DNA of 63,340 nt, filler included, from Salisapilia sapeloensis CBS 127946 (Eukaryota; Protista; Oomycota): assembly GCA_023334545.1 (NCBI GenBank). It is 18 parts of 18 records of this genome, joined end to end, with 100 filler letters (N's around TTAATTAATTAA, not from the genome) between each part and the next. Parts side by side here need not be neighbours in the genome. Positions count along the whole stretch, not along the records: positions 31,951 to 45,993 come from JAADVB010000391.1; 17 more parts are not named here. One strand, written 5' to 3'. The position numbers were made by a program, and so were the translations under genes. Below the pieces are notes generated by a model, which ran no database searches, was not told where the DNA came from, and worked only from the letters and a program-made list of their open reading frames with translations. Below are positions 31,953 through 43,217 of the stretch, piece by piece. The first letter of the stretch is position 1. Each line of letters begins with the position of its first letter.

Positions 31953-34900
31953 GAGCATGCGAGTGACGACGAAGTCGTCCAAGGCAACGACTATGACGAT
32001 AGCGAGGTCGTGCCGTCGATGGACGAAAGCCGGCATGAGTTGGATGACGATAATGCTGGAGTTGAGGTTGGTGTAGGTAATGAGCGACGATGGGGTATGC
32101 GGTATGATGGACGGGTTGTGGACAGTACGTTTGTAGTAGATGAGGAAGGGAAGATGGTGACAGAATGCCCCAGGGAATTGGATAAAGATTACGGAGGCGG
32201 TCGAGATGGTGGTGGTTCAAAGGACGTTGGATTTGATAGAGATACTACGTCTGGGGGTGACGTGCTTGCTAATCGCGGAGAAGCAGAAGGATGGGACGCT
32301 TCAAATGCGGATTATTTGTCCACTACTCCTCTTCGGAGCACGGGCGAAATTATTAGTTCCACTATTTCGGATTTGGAAGAATCGCTCATGCACTATAATG
32401 TAAGCTTACTCGAGAACCCTACAACTAGCGTTGGAGGAGAATGTAATAGTAATGCAGAGGCGGAAGAAGTGTGCCATGATTTGAGTGACCAAAGTGATGA
32501 CGAGTTTGAGGTTTCTCGGTCAAATTCGGTCATATTAAACATTGAAGGATCTAATGTATCGGTTGCTGGTAGCGATGAGCTCGGCTCACGTCAAATCGAT
32601 GACGTACCAAAGGGCAGTGAAGTGGAGAATGAAAATAAAAATGGAAACGGAATGGACAGAATTTCAGACAAAGTCAAAGAAAAAGAGGCACTGGATAGTG
32701 CTGGCTTTGATAGTACTGGCACAGAAGCAATGCTATATGAGTATGCTCCAGCCGATGTTACGGCGTCTAGTGCGATTACAGCGCACTCTTTGCTTAAGGA
32801 TACCTATACTCTGAATCTTTCAGACGCTTCTAAGCGAAGCGGAAGTGCTGCTGAGATGGAAGAGTATAGGACTAGTGAAATGGAGCTTGGATATGAAGGA
32901 CAAGAAGTAGATAATTTTACTACAAAAACTTTCGAGGAAGAGGATAAACGCATTCAGGATGGACTACAAAGCCAATATGCATATCCAAATGATGACACCT
33001 ATACTCTCGCTCGAGCGGCTCATGACGAATTTGAGGCCAACATATCCGACGTCGAAAAAGCAGATGACGATGCGAAACTTGATGATTTGGGTGCTCAATT
33101 CAATGATATAGTGGATCTTTTGTACAACGATGAAGGTGATACTAACCGAAGTAATGCATCTGAAGATGCAGAACGTTTTGACACCTCTATTAGAGCTGAG
33201 CATACGAAAGATATAAGCATCGTCGTCGGCTATTGTCTGGACACCCAAGACGAAAATTTAAGCGGTGTAATTGACCAAGGTGCTAATGTATCTGAACATG
33301 CTCATGATTACCTTGATACGCACGACACATTCGAAGTTGATAATGGGATGTCTGAAGAACTAGAAAGTAAAGATAGTCTTTCTAGTAAGCACAGCAAGTC
33401 TAGTATCAGTGTTGAGGTGATAGATTCCGAGATTCGGCTTTCAAATGGTAAAGAGGCTGATGCACTAGATAATAGCCTGAATGAGGAAAAAGTCGATGAA
33501 GAATTCAATGGAGTCAATGAGAATGTGTCTGAAGATTCAGACGGCAAAAATGAGACGGACATTCCATTGAATAGCAACTTGAATATGGATGGTCTAATCA
33601 AGAGCAGTGTTGAGAGCAGAAGTTTCTTCAGCGAAGGGAGCGCCATTAATACCTCTTCCATTGGTTTCAAATCAGAATTATTTGAAGTAGATACGGCTGA
33701 AAGAGAAGAATTGATCAAAAGAGCGACATCTGAAGTCTTAAACAACGCTGATATGTCTCTGGATAAAAATCAGGAAGGCGATGGATATAACCGGAGTTCA
33801 GCAGACACATCTATGGATGAATTTAACGAGAAACCATCTAGAAACTCTTTGGACAGCAGGGTAAATAATGATGTGAACGAAGATAGAAAAGAATCGATCT
33901 CTAGAGACGATAATGTTCTCACTCGTCAATCAAATGTATCTGCTGATGCGTCAAGTACAACCATCGATCAGGATGCCTTGGACCCAATGATATCTGCGTC
34001 ACCGAATGAAACTGCTGATCTAGCCCAATCTACAGCTGATGAAATGAACATGAATGAAGATGGTGAAGTAGACTCTACAAGAAGTCAGCTGGAAGAGTGG
34101 AAAGACAATAGTGCCTTTGATAGCGCCATTGATCTCAGCGACGCACATAGCAGCAAAAAGGAAAACTTCAATGATGAAAAAGATGAAGAAAGTTTAATAT
34201 CTCAACTTCTGCGCTTTAATTCCACGAGTGAAGATGAAGTTGAAATGAAGAACCAAAATGAAGAGGTAGACCGCAGCGGAAATGCACGCAATGGGTACGC
34301 TTCATCAAAAGACATTGAGTCAAACGATGAGCACGAGTCTGTAAACACGGAAAGCAATGGTGGCATGGGAAACGAAACAACGGTCGATGAAGAAGCAACT
34401 GAAAGGAGCATGGATTTAAAGGCAACGGATGCTGGTAGGCAAACCGGCGTTTCTACATTCCGATTGAATATTGCACCCTCAGTGCGGGCTTCACTGTCCC
34501 TACCACCATCACCAAGAAGCTTTGACAGAAGCTCATCTCCCCGAGCTCGTTTGCACTCTTTGCAGCGACTCCCATCACTACAAATACGCCCTGTACTTAT
34601 AGGACGTGGGAAGATATTTAAGCCACACGATCTTAGTCGCAGTTTAGATGACCTTCACGAACTGACAGAGACTCAATTGGAGGATTTTCAAGCTGATGCT
34701 GGACAAAGTTTTACTTTTGACCGACGGTGGTCATCAATGGAAGCGGGAAGTCCTGTGATGCGAAGCTATCAAGCAAGTACTAGTGAAACACTGCTGTCTG
34801 CAGCTGCATCTTTACGCACGAAAGACGAAATCGACGCATTGGCGGAAGGCTCAGTAAATGATATAATGAGCAAATGCAATGAAGTTCAAGAAACGCAAAT

Positions 34901-35033
34901 TCAAGATGATGTTCTGTGCAGTGGATTGTCAGTTAGCGATAAAGCTAGCGAGCAATACGAAGACGACGACGATAAGTATTTAGATGATTCTTTTGATTTG
35001 GAAGAGTCAATGCAGAGTGACGAAGGCGCTTGA
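31953..35033 (+). CDS. Large acidic low-complexity (D/E/S/N-rich) hypothetical protein, more than 1000 aa, 5'-truncated
   Basis: Uninterrupted 3-kb ORF open from the linker. No recognisable domain. Confidence 0.8.
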   Translation, partial: EHASDDEVVQGNDYDDSEVVPSMDESRHELDDDNAGVEVGVGNERRWGMRYDGRVVDSTFVVDEEGKMVTECPRELDKDYGGGRDGGGSKDVGFDRDTTSGGDVLANRGEAEGWDASNADYLSTTPLRSTGEIISSTISDLEESLMHYNVSLLENPTTSVGGECNSNAEAEEVCHDLSDQSDDEFEVSRSNSVILNIEGSNVSVAGSDELGSRQIDDVPKGSEVENENKNGNGMDRISDKVKEKEALDSAGFDSTGTEAMLYEYAPADVTASSAITAHSLLKDTYTLNLSDASKRSGSAAEMEEYRTSEMELGYEGQEVDNFTTKTFEEEDKRIQDGLQSQYAYPNDDTYTLARAAHDEFEANISDVEKADDDAKLDDLGAQFNDIVDLLYNDEGDTNRSNASEDAERFDTSIRAEHTKDISIVVGYCLDTQDENLSGVIDQGANVSEHAHDYLDTHDTFEVDNGMSEELESKDSLSSKHSKSSISVEVIDSEIRLSNGKEADALDNSLNEEKVDEEFNGVNENVSEDSDGKNETDIPLNSNLNMDGLIKSSVESRSFFSEGSAINTSSIGFKSELFEVDTAEREELIKRATSEVLNNADMSLDKNQEGDGYNRSSADTSMDEFNEKPSRNSLDSRVNNDVNEDRKESISRDDNVLTRQSNVSADASSTTIDQDALDPMISASPNETADLAQSTADEMNMNEDGEVDSTRSQLEEWKDNSAFDSAIDLSDAHSSKKENFNDEKDEESLISQLLRFNSTSEDEVEMKNQNEEVDRSGNARNGYASSKDIESNDEHESVNTESNGGMGNETTVDEEATERSMDLKATDAGRQTGVSTFRLNIAPSVRASLSLPPSPRSFDRSSSPRARLHSLQRLPSLQIRPVLIGRGKIFKPHDLSRSLDDLHELTETQLEDFQADAGQSFTFDRRWSSMEAGSPVMRSYQASTSETLLSAAASLRTKDEIDALAEGSVNDIMSKCNEVQETQIQDDVLCSGLSVSDKASEQYEDDDDKYLDDSFDLEESMQSDEGA

Positions 35034-35180
35034 TCGATCTAAAATACTGCTTAATTTACAAGAAAAACATATTACTTTCTAATGGCTTTGCCTCGCTTGT
35101 GGCGATTTATATATGACTTTGTTGGCGATGAGAGACCTAAAATGCTTTGCTGGTCAATTCGATATGTACCTCCGTGTAAT

Positions 35181-36839
35181 TCACTGTTCTTGAAAGCTAT
35201 TTTCTTCCTGCAGTTGCAGACACATTTCATTATATCTCTGAATAGCCGCTGCCGAGTTCAGCCCGCCAAACCGGACATAGCGCACACGGCATCCGAGTGT
35301 AAATACAGCTAAGAAGTCAGCGGTGATACAATCATTGCGCTTAGTCGTCAAAATCACATCCAACTGAAGGCGATGTGCCTCGGCTATTGTCTCAATTGCT
35401 TTAGTAACCGTTGAAAACTACGTCGATATACGCGTCAAGTTACATAAACTGCATTATTCAAAGCAGCAGAAATATCCACATACCTGTTCCAGACATACTG
35501 CTATGGCATTGCATGCTTTTTTCTTCTGCAAGACCTCCAATGGAAATACTGTGGCAAGTCTGTCTGCCACAACGTGTATTTGATTTGCATTGACCCCTGC
35601 TTTGGATTTTTCTTGTAAGGAAACCTTGGTGCTAGACAATGTTTTCGTAGAAGCGTGTAGCTTTGCAAAACTAGCAATATCTTTACAGGCGAAAGGGTCA
35701 ATTATAAACACTAGATCAAGCTGCCGAACCAACGCCATGAGAGAATCGGCCAAATCTTCGCTGCTTTGTAGACTGCCAGACAAATTCGTGGACCACTTGT
35801 CAATATTGTAGGAGCAAGGAAGAACTTTGCCTGCTTCATCTTTACTATTTCCTGTGTCTGACGAAGCAGGCTTATGCTCGGACAAAATTACAAAATCTTC
35901 ACCTGACACGTCCACACCTACCAGATAGCGTTTGGAAGTCAGGAATGCACTATTATTACCCAAACGTTCCTCTAACGCTTGAATAGCATCTTGAACGTAC
36001 TGGATGGCCTCTGATGGTGATTCGAGTTGTGGTGTAAGACCTCCAAGCTCTCCAATGTTGGTATATCCGGTGCCTCGTTGTCGTAACCTTTCTTCTACCT
36101 CCTCCATCACACTTTTCCCGATGCTAATAGAGTCGTCGAATGTTTCTAGCTCAACTGGAGCTATGAAGACATCTTTAAGATACAATTTGTTCGAGGCGAA
36201 AGCTCCTCCATTGATTAAACTCATGATGGGTATTGGCATCACCATGTCTTGACTAGAAACTTCGCCAATGTCTGCTATATATCTACTTAATCTTGTGTGA
36301 CTATAGTTTGCACCCGCACGGCAAACTGCGATAGACACTCCGAGACAAATTGGTTTGCCAATGTTTGTCTCTTCCTCTGTCAAGAGACTGTCAATTTGAG
36401 ACTGATCAGCAGGATTGACATCCGAGAGCAATTTCGTCAATAAACTTTGAGCTGTTTGAAGCTTGGCATCACTTAAACCATCTTCAGTATTGCCATCATG
36501 TAGGTTCTCCTGATTGCTCGATGTGTGTCTACCACTCGAAACAGACCCTTCAAATATTCCTTTGCTCGTATGAAGGCGCACCAGAACTCCAGGCATGCAA
36601 GCACCGTCGAATATGCGCTTGACTTCGACAAAGAAAATGCCGGTTCTCAAAGTAGACCTTTCAGCTAAAATTGAAGACAAAACGATGTACGGATCTTCAG
36701 GTCGGGTTGCGACTACAAAACTGAGGGCATCGTTCAATGTGTCCTCCAAGTCCTTACTTGAAATGTACGCTTCGGCGATTTCTTTTTCCGTGGCACCATC
36801 AGCCTCCACCCCTCCATCACTAGAACGTTGGTGCTGCAT
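35181..36839 (-). CDS. ENO4: ENO4-like catalytically degenerate enolase with an N-terminal Dpy-30/RIIa-type motif; intron 35418-35483
   Basis: Enolase fold motifs (PIPIMSLINGG, GELGGLTP, VGVDVSG, IDPF). Spliced exon 2 reads FSTVTKAIETIAEAHRL...RFGGLNSAAAIQRYNEM. The N-terminal LNDALSFVVATRPEDPY matches the Dpy-30/RIIa pattern. The symbol is by architecture, not phylogeny. Confidence 0.8.
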
Positions 36840-37301
36840 CTCAACACCTTACTATCTGTGACTAGTTACTTGATAGCGTTCCATTTAAAGGTCACAGTCG
36901 TTTCAGTGACGCTTCCACTTTCTCTTCTCGGTGCCAGCATATTCCAAGCTTTCTCACGTGGAAATTTTGATGCTAGACAGGATAGACTACGTTTTCACTG
37001 GAATTTTAACGTTCAACTTTAATCAAGTTAGCTTGTGAGGAGTTATGGAGGATATCGATTGCGATTAGACTCAAAGTGCAAGTTAAATATAGCCTTACCG
37101 CATCGCACATTGCTTAAATACCCACCTCTTCAGACGTCGTTTCGAGATTTCTGTATGCGCGACAAGGCACATACTTCTCTGCAAGCGATCGTCTATTGAA
37201 CAGTGTCTTATTATCTCATCTACCAGCACAATACTTTGTCTTCGATCGCTCTCATACGCACTTGACGCACCATCCTAGCAAAGCACTAGACTTGCTTAAA
37301 T

Positions 37302-39148
37302 ATGGATAACTATGAGAATCTCGGAACTATTGGCGAAGGGTGAGTGAGCTTTAGTTGCATTTCCTTCTTCTTCATGGAACATTAATCTTGGTACCAATGA
37401 ATACTTACATCCCCTTGTATCTACTCTTTTTTGTTAGTACATACGGCGTAGTGATCAAGTGCAGACACAAGATAACTGGTCAGATTGTTGCAATTAAGAA
37501 GTTCAAGGAATCGGACGAAGACGAACAAGTCAAGAAGACAGCTTTACGCGAAATTAAGATACTCAAACAGCTTCGCCATGAAAACATCGTAAGCCTTCTC
37601 GAGGTTTTCCGGGTGCGAGGAAAACTCTACCTTGTCTTTGAATACGTGGAGAGGACTATATTGGAAGAGATCGAAAGACATCCTGACGGACTAGAACCGT
37701 CAAATATTAGGCGACTGATGTGGCAACTGGTTCGGGCCATCCAGTTCTGCCACTCGCACAATATCATGCATCGGGACATCAAGCCTGAGAACTTGCTTGT
37801 ATCACCCAATGGCGTCTTAAAGCTGTGCGACTTTGGTTTTGCACGCCCACTCGCCGGCGCCGGCGGTCAGTACACGGAATATGTTTCTACACGATGGTAC
37901 CGTGCGCCAGAGCTACTCGTCGGTGATGTTTCATACGGTAAAGCAGTAGATGTATGGTCTATAGGTTGCATGCTAGCAGAAATTACCACTGGTATGCCGC
38001 TGTTTCCAGGTGACTCCGACATTGATCAATTGTACCACATCATTAAATGCTTAGGACGGATCACACCACGACATCAGGAACTCTTTAGGAAAAACTCGTT
38101 ATATGTTGGTGTCAAGCTCCCTACGACGCGAGATGTCGAAAGTCTCGAATCCAGATTTCCACATTTGGATAAACTCTCGGTCGATTTCATGTATAGAACA
38201 ATACAAGAGGAGCCGCTAGACCGTTGGACGTGCTCAGAGTTACTTCAGCACGCTTACTTTGAAAACTGTGCTAGTGTTTACGAAGAAGAATTAAAAGAAG
38301 CAATTGCAAAGGACGAGCACAATGCAGCAATGGCTATTAAGCGGAAGCGAGGACGAAAACAGCTTAGTGGCATGCAATTCACAGCGCCTATATCGACCAG
38401 CACATCCTCTGTTTCTGTAGTTTATCCTGTAAATGGTGAGGATAACAACAGTCCGGGCAGTTATGGGATGCATGAAGATAGCCCGAATGAAGCAAATATA
38501 TCCTATCGACTACCAACGCTTTCGGGTACATCATCTTCCGTTAGCCCACAAAGCACATGTAGCTCAACGACAGAGAAAGGTAAATCCTTTCCATCCAGTA
38601 GAGGTTCGTCACTAAGAGAGGACCAACCACAGTCAATGCACAAGCCATTTAAGCAGTCCATGAAAACGCTTCCAGAAGAGAAGCTGAATCCTATTCATTA
38701 TTATACGACAAATCGACAAGCTTCTACATCCTACGGTGGTCGAATTCGCAATGATGGCCCTATCGGTGGAGTGAGTACCAGGTCGAAGAAATCACAAGAG
38801 AATTCCCTACCACAAAACCCGTACCTCGTACCACCGCCTGGTAATCGAAGACAGCCTGGCATATCAAACGCAAATATCAGCAGTCGACAAGCCAATTCCG
38901 TGTTGAGCAATTCTATAAAAGCTGCTGATGCGTACTCACCCATTCGACTTGGAAATGGAGATAGGAGACAGCGAAATCCATACCGGCAGACGAAGAAAGA
39001 GAGTAAAAGCTCTTCCCAAGGAAATTATGGTCCTCCTCCCAAAACTTCGTATGGTGGTAGCTACCGGAGAGGTGGCAGCAATTACACGACTACGAACGAT
39101 CAACCGTCGAAAGCTCGAAGCAAAGATAATAATGTTCAGTTCTGTTGA
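37302..39148 (+). CDS. CDKL-family Ser/Thr kinase; intron 37340-37437
   Basis: Spliced start MDNYENLGTIGEG|TYGVVIKCRHK; KKTALREIKILKQL, HRDIKPEN, DFGFAR and YTEYVSTRWYRAPELLVG; long disordered tail. Confidence 0.94.
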
Positions 39149-39812
39149 GGGTTAAATCAGTGGGTAAAGAAAGTTTGTGTCTGCTCCTCGTCACCTTTAA
39201 AGTAATTCGTGAAGGAAATATTATCACAGGTATGGTTCTTTTTAAACCGATAGGATGCTTGTCTTGCAGCCGATTTCAAGTAACCCGTAGGTTCTTCCAA
39301 CTTCACTTTACATGTACTACAGTAGCATGCATTTAGAAGCAAACATTTTGCTTTCAGCCGGGATGTAACCTCTATGTGCCAGTACGCATGTACGTGCGTG
39401 CAGGTTGAGTCTGATTAAATATTGCAACTGACGTTATGGATAGTATGCACTGCATACAAAAATGAAAGTGCTTTATAGCACACTAGCGTTTAAAAATTGA
39501 ATGCTTCTACTTGCTGCACGCATTCTATCTAAATATGCTAACATCTAGTACATGCTCCACTGTAGCCTTGCAATGTGAGTGAACGACATAATGAAGATGT
39601 GGTACCCATGCAAGGGAATGAATGTAAAAATGCATGTGTATGAAGAGGATGCGTTGGGACATGCCTTCATGCTGACTGCTATCACTTCGTACCACCGACA
39701 AACATTCAACGTAAGCTTGCGCTGGCGGGGCACCGAGAGGCTTTCAATGCTACAAGTCTCTCTTCTCATTTTTCAATCAACTAAACTCGACACAAGTGAT
39801 ATTCCAACCACT

Positions 39813-40055
39813 ATGAGCTCCAACGACAACCGCATCCCACTACTGAACAAGAAGAGCGCTCCCGTGGAAGGTCAAGCGGAAAGCTCTGACACGAACAACC
39901 AAGTACAATCTTCGGCCCAGCGTACTGGTGAAGGCAAAATGTCAGCTACTGGTTCGGGCAGTTCGTCTTCCGATGATAACCAAAAAGTGTCCAAGGAGAA
40001 ACTCCAAGTCGCGAAAAAGATGGCAATCATGGACACAGTCCACCGATTTCATTAA
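39813..40055 (+). CDS. Small hypothetical protein (80 aa)
   Basis: MSSNDNRIPLLNKKS...KKMAIMDTVHRFH. Coding-like composition, with ATG in a CACTATG context. Confidence 0.45.
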   Translation: MSSNDNRIPLLNKKSAPVEGQAESSDTNNQVQSSAQRTGEGKMSATGSGSSSSDDNQKVSKEKLQVAKKMAIMDTVHRFH

Positions 40056-40242
40056 TGTGACATTGGTGCTACTGCATGCATATCGGTGACGCTCGACACG
40101 CACTCATTTGACCGACAGACGACGCAAGATCTGAGGTTACCACTTCAAAAAATCTATTCACTTTCTTTTTCTTTTCTTTTGCAGTTGACTTATCTTCGTC
40201 CTGTCGCCACACAAATCGTATCTGAGCTCCTATCGACCTAGC

Positions 40243-41435
40243 ATGTCACTTCCTACCGATACTACCGCAGCTTCAGTGCCACCTCCTGAACCGAGCACTG
40301 CAAATGATTTGGAGATGGGTAAACCGGAAGATGAGACCAATCCGTTTTCGCAATACTATGGCCAGCTCCTCCATCAGCAGAATATGATGCAGGACGCTGT
40401 CCGTACTGGCACGTACGAGCGTGCAATTCTCGAGAACAGTGCAGATTTCCAGGGTAAAGTCGTCCTGGACGTAGGCACTGGATCAGGAATCCTCGCCTTC
40501 TTTGCGGCTAAGGCAGGCGCTCGGAAGGTGTATGCTGCTGAGTTGAGCAGTGCCATGGCAGCCAACGCAAAGCGTTTAGTCCATGCCAATGGCTTGTCAA
40601 ACGTCATTGAGGTAATTCAGGGCAAAGTGGAAGAGCAGGAGCTGCCTGAAAAAGTAGACATTGTGATCAGTGAGCCCATGGGTTTCTTCCTCGTTCACGA
40701 ACGCATGCTCGAATCGTACGTCGCAGCCGGCCGTAAATTCCGCAATCCGGAGGCACCTGCCTTTCGCATGTTCCCATCCGTCGGCACGATGTATGTCTGC
40801 CCGTTCACAGACGATGTGCTGTACAAGGAACAGCTAGGAAAAGTTGCGTTTTGGGAGCAGAACAACTTTTACGACATCGATTTGTCTTCCTTGAGAGAGC
40901 AGGCAGTGGCTGATCACTTCGCTCAGCCTGTGGTCGGATACTTTAATCCTGACCAGCTCATCAGTGCTACTACTGCGACCCACAAGATCGACTTTGCTTC
41001 CATTAATGATGACGAGCTGACTACGTTTGACATTCCGTTCCGATTCCAGATCGACAAGACAGCTCTCTTGCATGGCTTTGGATGCTGGTTTGACGTCGCT
41101 TTTAATGGATCTGTGTCGCAGGTTGTATTGAGTACTGGTCCGCATGCGCCTGGCACGCACTGGTACCAGTGCCGAATGCTGCTGCCGAACCCGTTGGCAG
41201 TGAACAGAGGACAGATGATCCATGGCGTCATGAAATTCAAGGCCAACGCCAAGTTCAGCTACGACATTGACTTAGAAGGTATACGTTGTTCTGTAGATAT
41301 AGGATGCCATTGATATCTGATGTGTCTATGATTTTAGTACAACTGGAAGGCACGGACATTGTATCGAGGAATCACATTCGACTGCAAGACCAGATGTATC
41401 ACTACTTGTACTCCCCCGTCTCGTATCAGCAGTAG
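40243..41435 (+). CDS. CARM1: Protein arginine methyltransferase PRMT4/CARM1; intron 41279-41337
   Basis: YYGQLLHQQNMMQDAVRTGTY, VLDVGTGSGIL, DIVISEPMG and THWYQCR. The spliced last exon is VQLEGTDIVSRNHIRLQDQMYHYL. Confidence 0.93.
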
Positions 41436-42254
41436 CATGTTCATTGTTCTTGAGAGTGGACGATGCCACCAGGTAGCTGCATGTAGACGAAGGATACGTT
41501 CGGAGGATGGCGTTATCATCTAGTGAAAGTGGAGAAAGCGAACGCAGTCGACTTGGCCATAGGAACGTAAGCAGACTGGTTAAAGTGCCACAGAGGAGAA
41601 GTGGTCCGAACAAGGTCGTTGATGGAGACTATTCTTTAGTTACAGGCTCATATATCTGACCCATAACGCTGTTACCTCTTGTATGCGTTCGGTTTTGTTG
41701 TTATTGTTTGTGTGAAGCCATGAAATAGACTACTACAGGGTGATTTGGTCGCATATCACCACTTTGCTTCTACAAGGCGTGCTCTGTGTAGCTACTGATA
41801 GTAGGATGCGACTGGTTATTTTAAGTACATTCATCTGTTTACGTTTGATAATTTGACGACTACGTATGGTCTGTGAATTTGTAGAAAAGTCTAAGACAAA
41901 CTCACTGCACGCAGGAAAAGCTTTCCACATAGCAGTGGCTCTCACCACTTTTCTGTACACATTTCTCGATTCATTCGGATTGTATCGTTTATAAGCAATA
42001 TTAAACTATGACTTCGTCTCAACGTGCACAGATTAGTAGAGAAATCACCTTCTATGTCAAGTCTACATGGAAGCATACACTTGCAAATACAGAGACCGAA
42101 GTAGGAATGCATACAGTCAGCATCATGCTCAAGTTGAAGTTCGTGTCCAGGTTACCATCTCGGCATCAACGAGCTCGTTATATTATTGTCTCTTCAGGCA
42201 CCAAACAGTCATCCTCCCACTCTTTTTTTCAAATACGCACATACCTTAATTGAG

Positions 42255-43024
42255 ATGCGTTTTACGAATAAAGTTGCAATGACCACTGGTGGTGCATATG
42301 GCCTTGGTCGGCACACAGCACAGCGTCTCGCAAACCTACGAATATAGGTATTGCTGTCCGATGTGCCCTCGTCTCAAGGAGAACAAGCCGCAAAGGATTT
42401 GGGGCACAAAGTCAGGTTCAGTGCGGAGGGCGTATGTAGTGAAACGGTGTCAAATCTGCCCTCGATCACATCAAGGATGGATTCAATCAGCCATTGAATG
42501 TCCTAATCAACTGCAGTGGTGTCTACGAGATGAAGCCAGCATTAAGCGGAGGCGGCATTCACCTTTTGGATTTGTTACAATGTATCACAGATATGAATAT
42601 GACAAATACTTTAGCATTTGTCGTCTTGGCGACGACAGGATATCGAGAGGAGCATCGAATGAAGGAGGCGATGGAGGTTTCATCATCAACATAGCATCCG
42701 TTGCTGTCACGAGGATGCCCAGTATTACACTGCCTACTCTACCTTCAATTCGGCTATACTGGGGCTGACGTGGCCACTCGCCTGCGACCTAGGCAAATAT
42801 GTCATTCGTGTTGCGTCCATCAGTCGTGGCTTCTCGGTGATACCCATGGTGTGTGAGAGTGAGATGGACGATATAATTCGACAAGACATGATCTTCCCTC
42901 TTCGCAAGGACCAAGGATAGATTTACTTTCGAACAGCGTTATATATCATCGTGATGTCGTGTATAAATGCCAACGACTTTGAGTCGATGGTGGTCATCGT
43001 AACTCGAATGAAGTAGATTACTAG
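42255..43024 (+). pseudogene. Short-chain dehydrogenase (HSD17B10 / 3-hydroxyacyl-CoA dehydrogenase type 2-like) pseudogene
   Basis: MRFTNKVAMTTGGAYGLGRHTAQRL..*, LNVLINCSGV, GGFIINIASVA, YSTFNSAILGLTWPLACDLGKYVIRV and VDGG, across stops and frameshifts. Confidence 0.82.
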
Positions 43025-43217
43025 CCCAAGTTTCCATTTGACTTGCATCCCCCTGTCAAAAGGTACAGAGCATTTATGGGCATGTTGCATTTTTTAAGAC
43101 GTTGCTGGTTGCAATTACTCTCATTAAAAAGTTTAATTCATTCCCAGAGCCATGCAAGAAAAGAAAGTCGTCAAATATATAAACTGCCAGTCGATCAAAA
43201 CCGGTAAAAATGCCTTT

